Assembly: GCF_009914755.1 (NCBI RefSeq)
Contig: NC_060941.1
From: the human T2T-CHM13v2.0 reference genome, Homo sapiens
Strand: one strand, 5' to 3'
Length of the DNA: 64,000 nucleotides
In this document: piece after piece, positions 15,798-35,632 of the stretch
Layout: every line of letters starts with the position of its first letter
Numbering within the stretch: the first letter of the stretch is position 1
Program-made: the position numbers and the translations under genes
Notes under the pieces: generated by a model
The model's input: the letters and a program-made list of their open reading frames with translations, nothing else
Database searches by the model: none
Told to the model about the DNA's origin: nothing

Positions 15798-16351
15798 TTA
15801 TGATTGAACCAATTCTGGTCTGGCTTTATGGAGATGCCTATTAATTCTGAAGAGAAAAGGGCTGTAGTGTAAAATTAACAAATTGTATTAGGAGAGTTTA
15901 AGTCAATTAATTATGGGACTGCTTTTTCCTAAAAAACATAACGCAAGAAAGGAAAGCTGTCATTACAAATGGCTTGAGAGAAAAGTGAGCATGAGAGAAC
16001 AAAGGTCAAAATGGAGCAGCTTGACCATATGTGTTGCTGATGTGGAAAATCAGCTGTTTAAAGAATATTCAACTAGCATTTGTAAATATCGTATATATGT
16101 TAGCAGCTGGTTGTTTCTAATATGCATGAAAAAATATAGATTTGTTTAAAATTAATGTTAAATGTTGATATAGCTAGAAAAATAGAATCTCTTTCAATAG
16201 CAAACTTTTTGGCCCATATAAATTATGATTAGATTTGTAAAACTTCAATTTGCAATGATTTTTCCAGCAGCAAACTTAGGGCCCAGAGCCAAGAGATAAT
16301 ACCAAATATTATCTGAAACTACCATATATTTAACATTTTCAAAAGGAATCA

Positions 16352-16617
16352 GGCCAGGTGCCATGGCTAACATCTATAATCCCCCCATGTTGGGAGGCTA
16401 ATGTGGGAGGATTGCTTAAGTCCAGGAGTTTGAGATCAGCCTGGGTCATGTATCAAAACCCCGTCTCTACAAAAAGAAATGAAAGTAGCCAGGCATGGTG
16501 GTATGTGCCTGTAGTACCAGCTACTCAAGAGGCTGAGGCATGAGGATTGCTTAGTCCAGGAGTTTGAGGCTGCAGTGGGCTATGATGGTGCCACGGCACT
16601 CCAGTGTGGGTCTCTAA
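16352..16617 (+). mobile_element. AluJ element with 3' deletion and almost no A-tail
   Basis: AluJ diagnostics (ggaggattgctt, aggctgcagtgggctatgat); TSD aaaaggaatca at 16341 and 16618. Confidence 0.9.
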
Positions 16618-19600
16618 AAAAGGAATCAATTTGTTCCAATTATCATAACCAAAATAGTGATAATAATAATACATTATTGTTACTCTTAGAATCCACAAAA
16701 CAAATTACAGAATTCTTCAAAATTAGCCAAAATAAAATGGAAATCTTTTGAATTGTGAATGTAAAAATATATATTTTTAAAACTTGTTAATTCATAATTC
16801 ACTAATTCACTCTTTTGGAAATTCTGAAACAGCTGGGATAAAATCAATATTTGGCTAGAGGTGAAAATGACTTGGTAAGAAATGCTTGTGTATTTACAAG
16901 TTTAAGTACATTTCTCTTTAATTGCATTGGTGATTTTGTGGCATTCTCAGTTGCATTGCTAGTCTTTCTAAACAAGAGGCACATTTTTGCTGCCTTAATT
17001 TCTTCTCCACCAATTTTTCTTTTAGCCTCTTAAAAAGTAGTTTCTATTCCCACCACTCCATTCAAGCTCTTCTCAAGAAGGCCACTTTCTAGCCTTCTTA
17101 TTTATACGTTTATTAATCTTTTGTCAATTCTCTTTTTCCTGAATCTCTCTGCTGGATCCCTGAAGTTTTTGCCATCTTAACCTTTTACAACCAGTAAGTT
17201 GCTGTTATTCTTTCATCATTTCAGCACCCTCTTTTGTTGACTCTATTCTTTCTTCTACAGTCTAGCTAAGTACTCTTCAAGTATCCATCTTTGGCTGCTG
17301 GTCTCCACTCTCTTTTACTCTTGTCCTTGAGAATCTCAAGGACTTCAAACCCTCTCTATTGATTTACAGTATTGTCCTCTTGCAAAGGCTACATTCCTTT
17401 ATTTCTGCTTTCTGGAAATGTCCATAATTATTGCTATAAAGAACAGGAGCATCGTAACTAATATAAGCCAGATGACATTTTTTCTTCCCTCTTGCTATAT
17501 GAGAATGGTGGATATTGAAATTATGTGCACCATTCCTAAACAAGATGGTAAAAATATCACTGTGCCCCTTTTCTGTATGATGTTTACCTGCTTGCACTGA
17601 TGGAGGTAAATTTAATTTATAGATTACCTGTTTGGAATTATTTTATTTAGACCCTGTTCATATATTGGTTTATCTAGGATGTAGTGGGAATAAGCTGTAT
17701 CTAAATGCATATTTTTTGTCCCTAGAAAAATAATAAAGAGAGTTATGACAGTGTTTGGAGTTTTGGCCAGGAAGTTACTGCAGTCTCAGATGCAGGGGGC
17801 AGGGATATCCCTTTCCTAATCCACCAGTTTGAGATACAGGTATTCCAGGATTGTAGATGCTTTCAACTTCAGTCAGGAGGTCAAAGCAATGGAAAAATGT
17901 AGTTTTTACATTGTGTTTAATAAAGAATGATGTAGTTTCTGCATTGTACTTAATAGGAAGTAAAAAAACATGCCAATTTAAAAGGCTGAAATTTAAAAAT
18001 TTCTCAGTACAACTACAAAAATATGAATTTTGTCTAGCACACTAGAGAATGTAGTATGCTACCTTCTTACCAAATCTAAAATAGATACATTGCCAGTATA
18101 ACAGTCTCATTATATCTAAAATCCAGTTTATCCTTTTTTTCTTTTTTCAAAATTATGCCTCTGTGTTACTTCTCCCTGGCTATCCACCAACCATTCTTTT
18201 CCTAACTAAAGCAGTGAATAATAATACATATTATGAAAACATAATAATGAAAACAACACTTAATAAATGCATTCACTTTTCCAGATACTGTTCTAAGTGT
18301 TTAAGTCTCATCAAAACCCTTTGAGGTCAGGAAATATTTATTATTATCCCACTTTATAAATGACATTTAAGGTGAAATGATACGCTGAAGATAATATGAG
18401 TGTTATACAATAGAGCTGAGATACAAACCCAGCCAATCTTACATCACATACAAGCTTCTCTTAACTATTCAAAATATGGCCTCTCAAAACACCAGGTCAC
18501 CCTTGGAAGATCATTTAGTCTATTGAAAAGTTCAGGCGGGTACTGCCTGTGTTAATTTGAGTTAAAATCTAGCTCCATTGTTTTCATGCTGTGTGACCCC
18601 AAACTAATCCTTAAACTTCAAGTTAATTACCTATTAACTGTAACTAATTATTCCAGCTTTATGGATGTCTTTAAAAGCTTGATTTAATTATTCCACAATG
18701 TAAACATATATCAAATCATCACATTGTACCACATAAATATATAACATATACCATTATTGTCAATTAAAAATTAAAAAAACAATTAAATCACATAATTTTT
18801 TTTAAGTACTTGGGGAAAAAGGAACTTGGAATATAGCCATTTAACCAGTGTTGGTTTTCTTCATATCCTACAATCCACGTATCTAATTAGTTGCCAAGTT
18901 CTGTTGAATACGTAGATCATTACAATGTATTTCATACTCATTTCTTCTTTTCAATCATTATATCCTTATTGCAAATAAAATAAAAACATCTTCAATGGCT
19001 CTCCACCCTGGACATTACTGATTCTGTATTCTGTCATTCAGTTTTCCTCATTGTCTGGTCCTGAATTTATTTCATTAACCTATTTCCTATGGCTCCCCCA
19101 GTGAACTCTCTATTCCATTTGGGCTGGAATGTGCTTCTGTTATTCACCATCCAAATGTGTTTATGTGAGCTCCATCTCAATGCCTTGATTACATTGTGAC
19201 CTCTGTTTTCTGTATCCCAGAAACAATACTGTATACAGGACATTAGGAAAAAGAAAGAGCATTTTCTCCTCCATTTTCTGGTTATAAACTCCTTTGTTGG
19301 GGAACTTGGAAGTCCTTGCTATGGTCTCAGATTTTAGAACAAAAGCCAGTGACAAAGCTAAGTCAACCAAGGTGTTAATTGGGTTTTAAAATCTATTAAA
19401 CAACTTGGTTCTATTTTTCACATCAGAAATGTACAGATACCCTCTTCAGCATAAAACTGAAAACTGCCTTGGAAGGGAAGAGAACGGAAAATTAGAATTT
19501 CAAACTATATTCTTACCCTACCTCAATCTTTAATTTTAAGGTAATCATGGAGAAAAATAAGGAGGTAAATTATGCAAGCAAATGCAACAATGCAGCTGTT

Positions 19601-21039
19601 TTAAAAAATATATTCTACAATTCAAATTTCTACTAATTGAGGTTAGCCTTCCTCCCAATAAAATTAATGAACATTGCTCCTAGTTTGCTGGGCAATAAAT
19701 GGTGTAGGAATGGGGGAGCTGATGGCCATGACTTGGTGCAGGTAAGATAAAGCAATTGTTACTGGAAATATTAGATTTACTCAAATATTATGGAAAATTC
19801 AGGTATTAAGACAAAACAGCTGGGTCTGCAGAGGTGTGGATTGTTTTAGTAGTAGTCACAAGTTGTTGAGAATTTGGGAATAAGCTAAATCTTGATCAAT
19901 TTAATCACATTTTTAACTTTCTTGCAAAAAAGACATAGACATTCTAATGTAATCTTTTTCAAAGGACAGTCTTTTTATAAAGCAAAGACATTGTGTAGAA
20001 TTTTTCATGCACAAATGTAGATTTCTGCCTATTGACTCTGCCTCAAGAAAGTTACGTTAGTTCTAGAATCTGTCATGTTTTTCAAAGTCATGTTAAATTG
20101 GATCCTTGGCACTTCTTCCTCAATCCCCCAAAATGTGCTTGAACCTGAACAGGTTTCTTCCCATAAGTGAACAGGCCATAAACAATTAATATATTCTAGT
20201 GAAAATATCATTTTAGTGACCCAGGGTGATGCAAATATTATTGCTTAGGATTTATTTTCTCTCCCAGTTCTTTCTTCGCTGTATTTTGAGGCAGGGCAAT
20301 ATTATCTATAACTTTAGATTTCCAGTGATGACAGAATCTAATAAAAGAGGAACAGAGTATTTGGTAATTATGTCAACTTCAAAGTCAAAAAGTTATAGCA
20401 AATGAGTAAGAAATGAAGGCTCCTATCCAGAACCTGCTTTAAAGCTGGAATTAATATTGATGTTTCTCCAAGCACAAATACTGAGAATATGGATTACAGA
20501 AAATGATGTCTGAGATGAAGATTTTATGTTTGAAGAATACGACTGATACTAACGACCATGTAAATACATTTTTAAAGTCAGTCAGTCAATTTAGAGTAGA
20601 TGTCGTTGCTGTGAGTCTCTTTGAACTATTCATGTTTGGGAAGTTTGGATTCAAGTCAGTGAACCTGAGTCCAACCCCTAATCCTAACGCCTCTTAACTA
20701 GATAACTAGTCCTTATCTAGGACTATTAGACAAGTTATGATGCTTCTCTTAACCCCAGGTTTCTTGGCAGCACAATGAGGATAATAACAGTGCCTGCCTT
20801 ATAGGGTAATGGGGGATGTTTGAATGGTAATATATGTAGAAAATATTTTTCAAACTCTAAACCCTATTATTTAGATTTTTCATTAGTAAAATAGTTTGAG
20901 TCATTTTGGAAATATCACCAACTGTCAGTAAATGTTACATTTACAATCTCCCATCTAGAAAATAATTTCTTACTTGCTCCTCTGTTTCTAGTTTGTCCCA
21001 TTTAAATTCACCACTTAACCTACTGCCAGGGTGCTCTCT

Positions 21040-21155
21040 CTCCCTCCCCTTCCTCTGACCCCTACTCCTCCTTTTCCTCCTTCTTCTCTTTTTTCTTTTC
21101 TTGCTTCTCTTCCTTCTTCTCCTTTTTCACTTTCTCTTCCTTCCCCTCTGCTTCT
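21040..21155. repeat. Polypyrimidine (CT-rich) low-complexity tract
   Basis: About 115 bp almost entirely C/T. Confidence 0.85.
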
Positions 21156-21579
21156 AATATTGTAAATATTATAAGTAGAGTTAAGGAGGATTATATAACA
21201 GACATTTATTTTCCCCCACTTATTTTATCAGATCTTAATATTTTACTGTATTTTCTTCAGAACTTTAATAAGCTAAAACATTTCAATTGAAGCCAATTGT
21301 ATCTCATTCACTCTCTACTTAGAGGCAACTGCCATCATGTCTTAGTTGAAAGGAGGCTAAAAATTCCATCACTGTCACTTACTATCTGTATAACAAGACA
21401 AATTACTTTATCTGTGCTTCGGTTTTCTTATCTATGAACTTGGAGTAATAATGATAAATATCGCCTCGAGTGGCTGTTGTAACTAAATGATAGAATTAAA
21501 CATCTGTAAATCATTCACAACAGTGCATGACACTTATGAGACTCAAAAAATGTTATAATTACTGGTAGCTGATGTAGTA

Positions 21580-22700
21580 GATGCATCATGAATTTTGGTG
21601 TTTTATCATTCTCACGTATATTTTTGTAACTCATATATTTGTGTATCTTACATAGTGAAAATATGCATTTTTTAATAACTTGGCATAATTGGCATCGCAT
21701 ATATGTATCATTTTACAATGTCCTTGTCTTGTTCAACGTTAGGTTTTTGAGATTTATTTATGTTGTTAATTACATTTTTAGCTTATTTATTTTTACTACT
21801 TTACAGTGCTTAATGACATTATATAAACATACCACCAGTTATCTATTGTCTTGTAAATGGATATTTGAGTTGTTTCTAATTTTTTGGTTGATGCAAATAA
21901 GGTTACAATAAATAGCATTAGTTGTGAAGCCTTTATTACATGTATTGAAGTTTTCATACAGACTATGCTTGCAAGTGGAAATGCTGGGTAAGAGAATATA
22001 CAAACTTCCATCTTCACTGGTATGACCAAATTGTCCTCAATGGTGGTTATATTAACACTCATTCTTTCCAATAACATGTGAGAATTCCTGTTTTTCCACA
22101 CACAAGAGGAAGTGTTAGACACTTAAAATTTTATCTGTTAGAATGGGTATCAAATGTATTTCCCTGCAGCCTTAATTTACATTTACTAAATTACTAGCAA
22201 AGCTAAGAGTCTTTTAAAATGCTTATTGGCCATTTCAGTTTCCTTTTCTATGAATTACCCATTCAAATCCCTTGTCCTGTTGACTCTTGAGTTGTCTTCG
22301 GATTTGCAAGAGTTCTTTATAATTCTGGGTACTGGTACCTTTTCAGTTAGATATATTTCAAATATCTGAGATTCTGCCTTGTCCTTTAACTTTATTTTTA
22401 GTGTTTTTGTTTGAACAGAGTTTGACATTTTAATGTAATCAAATATATCAGTCTTTTCCCTTTTCATGTCCTACTTTTTAAAATATACCCTTCCCTAAGA
22501 TCTTAAATGTGTTCTCCTGTATATTCTTTGGACATTTTGAAGTTTTGTTTTTGGTCCCAGATCTTCAATCTACCTGAAATTTATTTTTGCTAAAGATACT
22601 AATGGAAACTAATTCTCTTCTTCTTTCTACTTGATTTACCAACTGTTCAAACACCATCTACTACAACATTGTTACTTTCTTCCTGAATATTATAAAACAT
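21580..22700 (-). mobile_element. Old L1M (L1ME-like) fragment
   Basis: Degenerate antisense L1 ORF2 3' region. Confidence 0.7.
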
Positions 22701-22762
22701 AATTATTATAATGATAATGCTGTGGGATATATATATGAGATACGCATTTTATGATATGTATT

Positions 22763-29207
<6,445 letters not shown>

Positions 29208-29227
29208 TATGATATGTATTATATATA

Positions 29228-30065
29228 CAATAAGTAGTCCTCAATGTCATCTTTGGCCCTTGGAAACTGAGTTTAAGCAAAACGGCATATAAGGAAACTA
29301 CATAGGCTAATTGACATAAACAAGAGTTAAGCTCCTATGGCATATTTCTAGTCATAAAAATATCACCAAACTTATAAATAGAGGCCAAACACTTCTAAAT
29401 ATTATACACTGAACTGTGAACTATACATACATCAATACATATATTTATAAAATATTAATAAAAACAAGAATTATTTACTCAATTTTTGGTGAATCAGTGA
29501 GTGACTGTGGTCATGACAATGGTGGGTTAAGTCATGAAATAAATGTTTGCAAAGCAAAAATTTTGAAGAGCCCCTCCTACCACCATGCAGTTCAAAACCA
29601 AACAATAACATATCATGGGCTCACTGAGCACTTTGGGATTGCATCATTTATTGTCATGCATTTGTATGAGTGTTCTATACTTTACAAATTTTTATTTGGC
29701 AATAATTTGTGCTCATTCATTTATTCAATTCCCAATACACTGATTTCAGTTCAGGGTCTTGGGTAGTCGGAGCCTAACCCAGCAGCGCAGGGTACAAAGC
29801 AGATACCAATCCTGGATGGGATATTTTATTTCAGGGCACACTCTTTCACACATCTACACTCACTCAGACTGAAACAATTTAGACACTCAATTCACCTAAC
29901 CTGCACAGCTCTGGGATATGAGAGGAAATCAGCCAGAATACCAGGAGAAAACCCACACAGACGTGGGAAGAACATGCAGACTCCACATAGACAATGATGT
30001 TGGCTGGGGATCAATTTTTTTTTCCTCAACATTGTCAGGAAACAATGTTATTCAAGGGCCTGCTG
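29228..30065. mobile_element. Full-length MER6 (TcMar-Tigger non-autonomous element)
   Basis: TA-flanked; ends caataagt... and ...ttattcaagggcctgctg; contains ggagaaaacccacacagacgtgggaagaacatgcagactccac. Confidence 0.85.
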
Positions 30066-30150
30066 TATATGTATATATACATATGTATATATCCTATACA
30101 TACATATGCATATATGTGCATACATATCCATGTATATAAATATATATATG
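30066..30150. repeat. Degenerate (TA/CA)n microsatellite
   Basis: tatatgtatatatacatatg... run. Confidence 0.8.
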
Positions 30151-32004
30151 AAATCTAACTATATCTTAATCTGTCATCATTGATACTTATCCCTTACACT
30201 TCAGCTGAAAACAACAATCTGTAGGTCTTGAGCTTGTCTTGATGTTTTACAACTCCAAACTTATCTGCATGCCACTCCCCAGCCTGGAGTACTGTAAGGT
30301 ATACTTGGCATATTCCCGTCAATTTTTTGAGACTTGGTTCAAGTGTCCCATCCTCTGCAAAACCCACTCAGCCAACCTTAATGATTTCCCCCTTTTATTT
30401 AGGATACTGTCACTGCAATTTTTTTTTTTGAACCTGCCACTCAAGTATACACATACCCCACTCAGTGCCAAGGATTGTCTTGAGGCAGAACTGCCTGGAA
30501 CTCCTGTATGTGCCTCCATGAAAGCCTACATGTAACTATTTATTTGTCAATCTTCCCACTAAATTGGGAGCACTTTTATTCCTAAACCCCGGGACTCAGC
30601 ACAGTGCTTGATATCCAATAAATACTCATTAATATCTGTTAAATTAATAAATGCACTTTAAAAAGCTGTGCATTAAAAATGTTAAATATCTTAGGATACT
30701 ATTTCCTTAGCTAGCCACATTACAGGAGAACAGAAACTCCGAATTTGACCTTAAAACTCTAAGATTTACAAGTTGGACTAGATTTTCCCGAGAAATAGCA
30801 TGAGATACAAATTGGAATCTAAGTGCTGAGATCATTTTTTCTGGCTACTTTGCGAAATATCAGGTAAGGCATGTTAATGATTAATTAAGTCTTTCACAGT
30901 CAAACAATAGTAAAACTTCAAAACCTGGAGAGAATTCCTAATAAATCTGGCACATAGTCTTAATTTCCACAGCCAAAGTTTATGAGTACCGTCAAATGAG
31001 TTTCTAGCATTAATGGACTTTGCTGAAAAGTTTCTAGCTTGCCAGCTGCTACAATGAATTTGTCAGTATTTTTGTGTGCTTGTTTTTGTTTTGTTTTAAT
31101 TTTTGAGCAGGACATAATTTTTGAGCAGGGTATAGCAAGGACAGAAAGCTAGAAATTCAGGGAAAGACGATCTGGTGGCACCGTATGAAAAATTATTAGA
31201 GTCTATACAACACTTAAATAATTTCTCATCTCTGATCTTGAACTTCCTTTGCACATGAAACAAAGAACCTGGATTTGTCTGTCTCTCACATTCTCTATTG
31301 TAAACTACTCTAGAATTTTAGGATGAAGATAACTTCACTGAGTGAGTTTCTTGACCCCATAATGTTCAAACATAATTTTGAGAGACTAGGTCAAGATATT
31401 CAACTGTGAATTCAAGCATCTGGGGAAAAGATGAGATTAAATGATTGTTAAAGTTTCTTCTCTCCTTCAAAAGGGGAATGGAGAGGTATGAGAATGGGAA
31501 CAAAATGACAACAACTACTTTACCATACTGGTCAGAGTAGCCCTTGGGCATATCAACAGAACTGAGATTAGTTATTTAGGACTTGAGACTACATGGAAAG
31601 TATAATGTGATGATGATATTCAATTACTTAGTGTCATAAAGATCAAGAGCTCCTGGATAAGAAGACAAGCCTTTTAGATAAGAGCAGGCTTGATCTCACG
31701 AACATAAAAGAGACATCATCTACTTTAAATTAGATTTAGAGGCCTGGGCCAAAAAGACAAATTAAGTACAAAGAATTAAGTAGAACAGAGATGCTGTGGG
31801 GAAAAAAAGAACCAAGTGTATATCAAAGAAATGAGTGACTTTTAATGCACTGTAGTCTAAGCATTATTTACCTTCATTGAAATGAAGGGGAAAATGTTGA
31901 TGGAAAAAAAATTTTCATCACTGTAACTGAATTTAGGTTGAAAGAAGCTCATATCTTAATGCTTAGGTGCTTAGGTGAGTCTGTCGGAACACACAAAAAA
32001 GCTG

Positions 32005-32975
32005 TTGTTTTAGGTGGGATCCCATAGAAAAAGCACTCAGGTTAGAATTCTTGTTCAAAGGAATTATTGAGGGAGTGTTCAAGAGGAGCAGGGAAGCAGA
32101 AAGCATCAGAAGCAAAAAGAGCTAATCAAGAATGTGGTAACAGCTGGAGACCTGCTTCCATTTGATCTCTTGGTGAAAGACTGGAAGACAAATTGTGCCC
32201 CAGAGTGTGTCCCACCTTAAAGAAAGAGGAATGGTCTCTCACCAGTGCCAGTCAGTTATTGAGCAAGATCTGGAAAGTGATGGGTTCAGGACATGCTACC
32301 TCAAAATATAGCACCTTGGCATTTGAGAAAATGGCAGAAGCAAAAAGGTCACTCTCTGACCTTCTCCTGTCCCTATCCCTTGAATCAGGCCTTAAGACCT
32401 AGAAAAGACTTTTCTGAGCTTCCTCTGAAGCAGGTCATAAGACCCTCACTTGAGAGGCACCCTCTCTTGACCTGGAGAAAAGGAGTGTCTTTATCTCTGA
32501 AGACACAAGGACACATAGAAGAATGCCCTCAGTTTACTATAGTTAGATGATACATTTTTTGTCCAATAATACTTTCACAACTATCCACATCTTCCTCAAA
32601 CTTATACATAGGTTTCTGTTACTTTGGGTCTTCATTTCTGAAGACTCCTGTGTCACATAAACTTATTAAATGATTTTGAATGCTTTTCTCTTGTTAATCT
32701 GCCTTTTGTTACAGGAGCTTCAATCATGAACCAAAGGATCTGTGAGAAAAAAGAAATCCTTTCTCCCCTACAGGGAAGATGCTGAGTGTATCACGGAGGC
32801 AGATCCCCAGTTGACAAAAGTAATTCTCCAGAGAAAGGGGGAGCTAAAAATTGTCATCAGTCAGCACTTACAAGAGTCAGGGCTTGCATTTGTACAAGCA
32901 CTACAAGAGTCAGGGCTTGTGTTTACCAACTGGTAAAGGGCATTTTGCTGAGGCCCCAACAGCATCCACTTCTCT
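32005..32975. mobile_element. Old ERVL-type LTR (LTR16/LTR33-like) split by a younger LTR
   Basis: ttttaggtgggatccc...ttattgagggagtg; continues after 32772. Confidence 0.5.
32278..32771 (+). mobile_element. ERV1-class solo LTR
   Basis: tgatgggttcaggacatgctacc...aaatatagcaccttggc...ttttctcttgttaatctg...cccctaca; TG...CA ends. Confidence 0.8.
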
Positions 32976-34879
32976 GACAAGCCTTTCCCAAGTAATCACT
33001 ATCTTTTCAGTGTTTCTGTCCTGCCCTATATATAATTCAGCCTTCTTGTTCACACAAACATTTGTATCTGTTTAGTTATGTCCCTGCCATCAACTATGAG
33101 CCTTACATGAGGAAATTTGCTTTTTCAACTTCAAATTCCAGAATTTAACACAAGTGCTATTTTTTTGGAAAATAAAATTATTTTCTGATATATTATTTTA
33201 GAAATCCCACATTTCTAGAATGATGTTCCTTTCTACCCCAAATTTTAAGCCATTAAAAATGTGTATCCTATAACCTCTCTGAACTTGAGTAGATATTTAT
33301 AATCATGTTTCACATTTTATGTTTTCAACTCTTGGCCACAGTTCATTGTGTTAAAAAGATAATAACTGTACCCCATGGCAAATCATTAAGAAAAATACAC
33401 AAGCAATATATTTTTTTACACTCCATCTGTCATTGAGCACTTGGTAAAGTAGCAGGACTCAGCAGGACTGTCACAGACTCTGGGTTTCCATGTGCTCTAA
33501 TGTCACCCCAAACTCCTTCGCCTACTCACTCACCATATGGAATTTATGCCATATTCTTCTGATATTACCGAATGTGTAATTGAGATATTTGCCCTGCTGC
33601 CAATATTCTAACATGAACTCATTCTGAAGTCAGGTAGGAGCTGGTTTTTTTCTGTCTGGTGCCTCATAAACCACCCACATCAAAACTGAACCAACTAATT
33701 AGGGTTGTAATTTATGTATGGCCAACTAAAGAGTTTTAATGGCTCATATCATATTTGCCAGCTCTAAGAACAATTCAGTGGGAACCAGATGGCTCAAAGT
33801 ACACCCCTTTTGTTGGCTCAATCTACCTGATTTCTGCAGCTCACAGTCAAGATTAGTTCCTCTTTGTCCTATAATTTTTTAAAGATTATAATTTTATTTT
33901 ATTTCTCTATAATTTTTCAACATGACAACATGAACTACAAAGTAGGAGTCAAATAGACAATGTGATTCTTCTTGTCAATCTGTTACTACAGAGACTTTTT
34001 TGAAAGGAAGATAATCAAGTTCTCTTTCTGATTATTTGTTTCAGATTTGGTAATTTAGTTAAAAATTTTCAACCATCTGATAAAAATAGCCAGAGAATAT
34101 GAATATCAAACATATAGAAGAAGAAATATAAATAACTGATAAGTATATAAAAATAGATAACTAGTCATTTCAGTAGTCAGAGTTGATAGTCAATTCGAAC
34201 ATAATTTATTTTCATGAAAATAGAAGCATGTATTATATGCTATTGCGCAATATTTCTCTAGATTACTGAAGAGTCTACCACAAAAAAAGATAATTTTGTC
34301 CTCCATGAATTAACAATATCATACTTATTGGCAGCATATTGTTCATGTTCATTAAAATGAAATATTTGATACAGGAATGTCTGTCATTGTTGTTAGTAAT
34401 AGCTATCATTTGTTGAACCTTTCCTATGTGACAAATACTGTACTTTGTGCTTCTACAAACATTAGGTATGTAACGTCTATAAAAACTTTATTGTTTTACA
34501 TATAAGAAAATTAGGGCTCAGTGATTCTGAGATTTTTCATGAATGACATAATTTAAAATGGTAGAGCTTGGAATTAAACTCAGATCTGTCTGCTTCCAAA
34601 GCTCCTACTCTTTCTAAGGGTTAAGACAAAGCTCCCTCCCTAATTTAAATGAAGGGATTGCTATGTGTTACATCCATGTAATTGAGCCTCTGTTGGGATA
34701 TGGCTCTAAATGTATCCAGTTTGCTGAGTCAAGTGACCCATTGTTCTATAGGAAAATAAAGGCAGGGATTAAGAAAGTGGAGAATGGTAGCCAAAGGCAG
34801 GGAGTACGATGCTCTGAGAGAGAGGAAAATCAGTCCTCAACTACTGTCAGCTGAGCTAGCCTGTCACTAAGAGCTAGAT

Positions 34880-35376
34880 TGTGATGTTCTCTTGTGGAAC
34901 ATAACCTCACAAAACCCAATATGAGACAAGGTCATTCATTCTGTGATCACAGTGCAGCAAGACAAAACGATACCACTCTATAATGTTTGAGGCACAGACA
35001 AAAACAGGACAATGTCCAAGCTACAGCAATGATCAAACATCTCCTTCTCCCAGCTAATATGAGTGATGGCTGCTTCTTTACCCATGGTTTAATCTTGCTC
35101 CATTCCTCAGCTATATAGATAAAAATTAAGGATCATATAACTTTTCCCACTTTGTGGCAGCACCCAGTGAAGAGCAAAACTACACTGTCTTAAACACTCC
35201 CCCATATTACCTAATGCAAGCACAAATACTGTAACAAATTCCTCCTAACACTCTCTTTCTGAAATACCTAATAGTTCCCCAAGGTTTTTTTTATCTCCCT
35301 TGGGGCAATGAGCCAATTAAGTCCAACTTTCTTGACTACAGATATATTGTTTGTCTTTGGTGGGAGGGCACTGAAG
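34880..35376 (+). mobile_element. ERVL solo LTR (MER73/MER74-like)
   Basis: caagacaaaa...accactc...gctaatatgagtga...ctttggtgggagggcactga. Confidence 0.65.
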
Positions 35377-35454
35377 AGCTCCTTCTCTAATGAAGCGCTT
35401 GGATTAGATAAAGTATTTATTTGATACAACTACTCTCCTTGATCGGTGCTCAAG

Positions 35455-35632
35455 AAAGGAGTTGATAAACTTTTTTTTGTAAACGACAAGATAGTTATAC
35501 CTTTGCAGGCCATAGGATCTCTATTGCAACTATTCATCTCTGCCATTGTGGCACAAAAGCAGCACAGACAATATGTAAACAAATGAGCAAAGCTGGATTT
35601 GGTCTGCCAGGTGATTGTTTAGGGATTCCCGG
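35455..35632 (+). mobile_element. MER58A hAT MITE
   Basis: aaactttttt...ctttgcaggccatag...aactattcatctctgccattgt. Confidence 0.75.

Noticed and set aside
17785-17805. CTCF-like gcagggggcag
   Set aside because: Lacks the 5' CCA/CCG part of the core motif.
30711-30863. Possible 153-bp exon (tttccttag ... cag/gtaagg)
   Set aside because: Splice-like motifs arise often by chance, and there is no partner exon or transcript evidence; it remains testable by RNA-seq.
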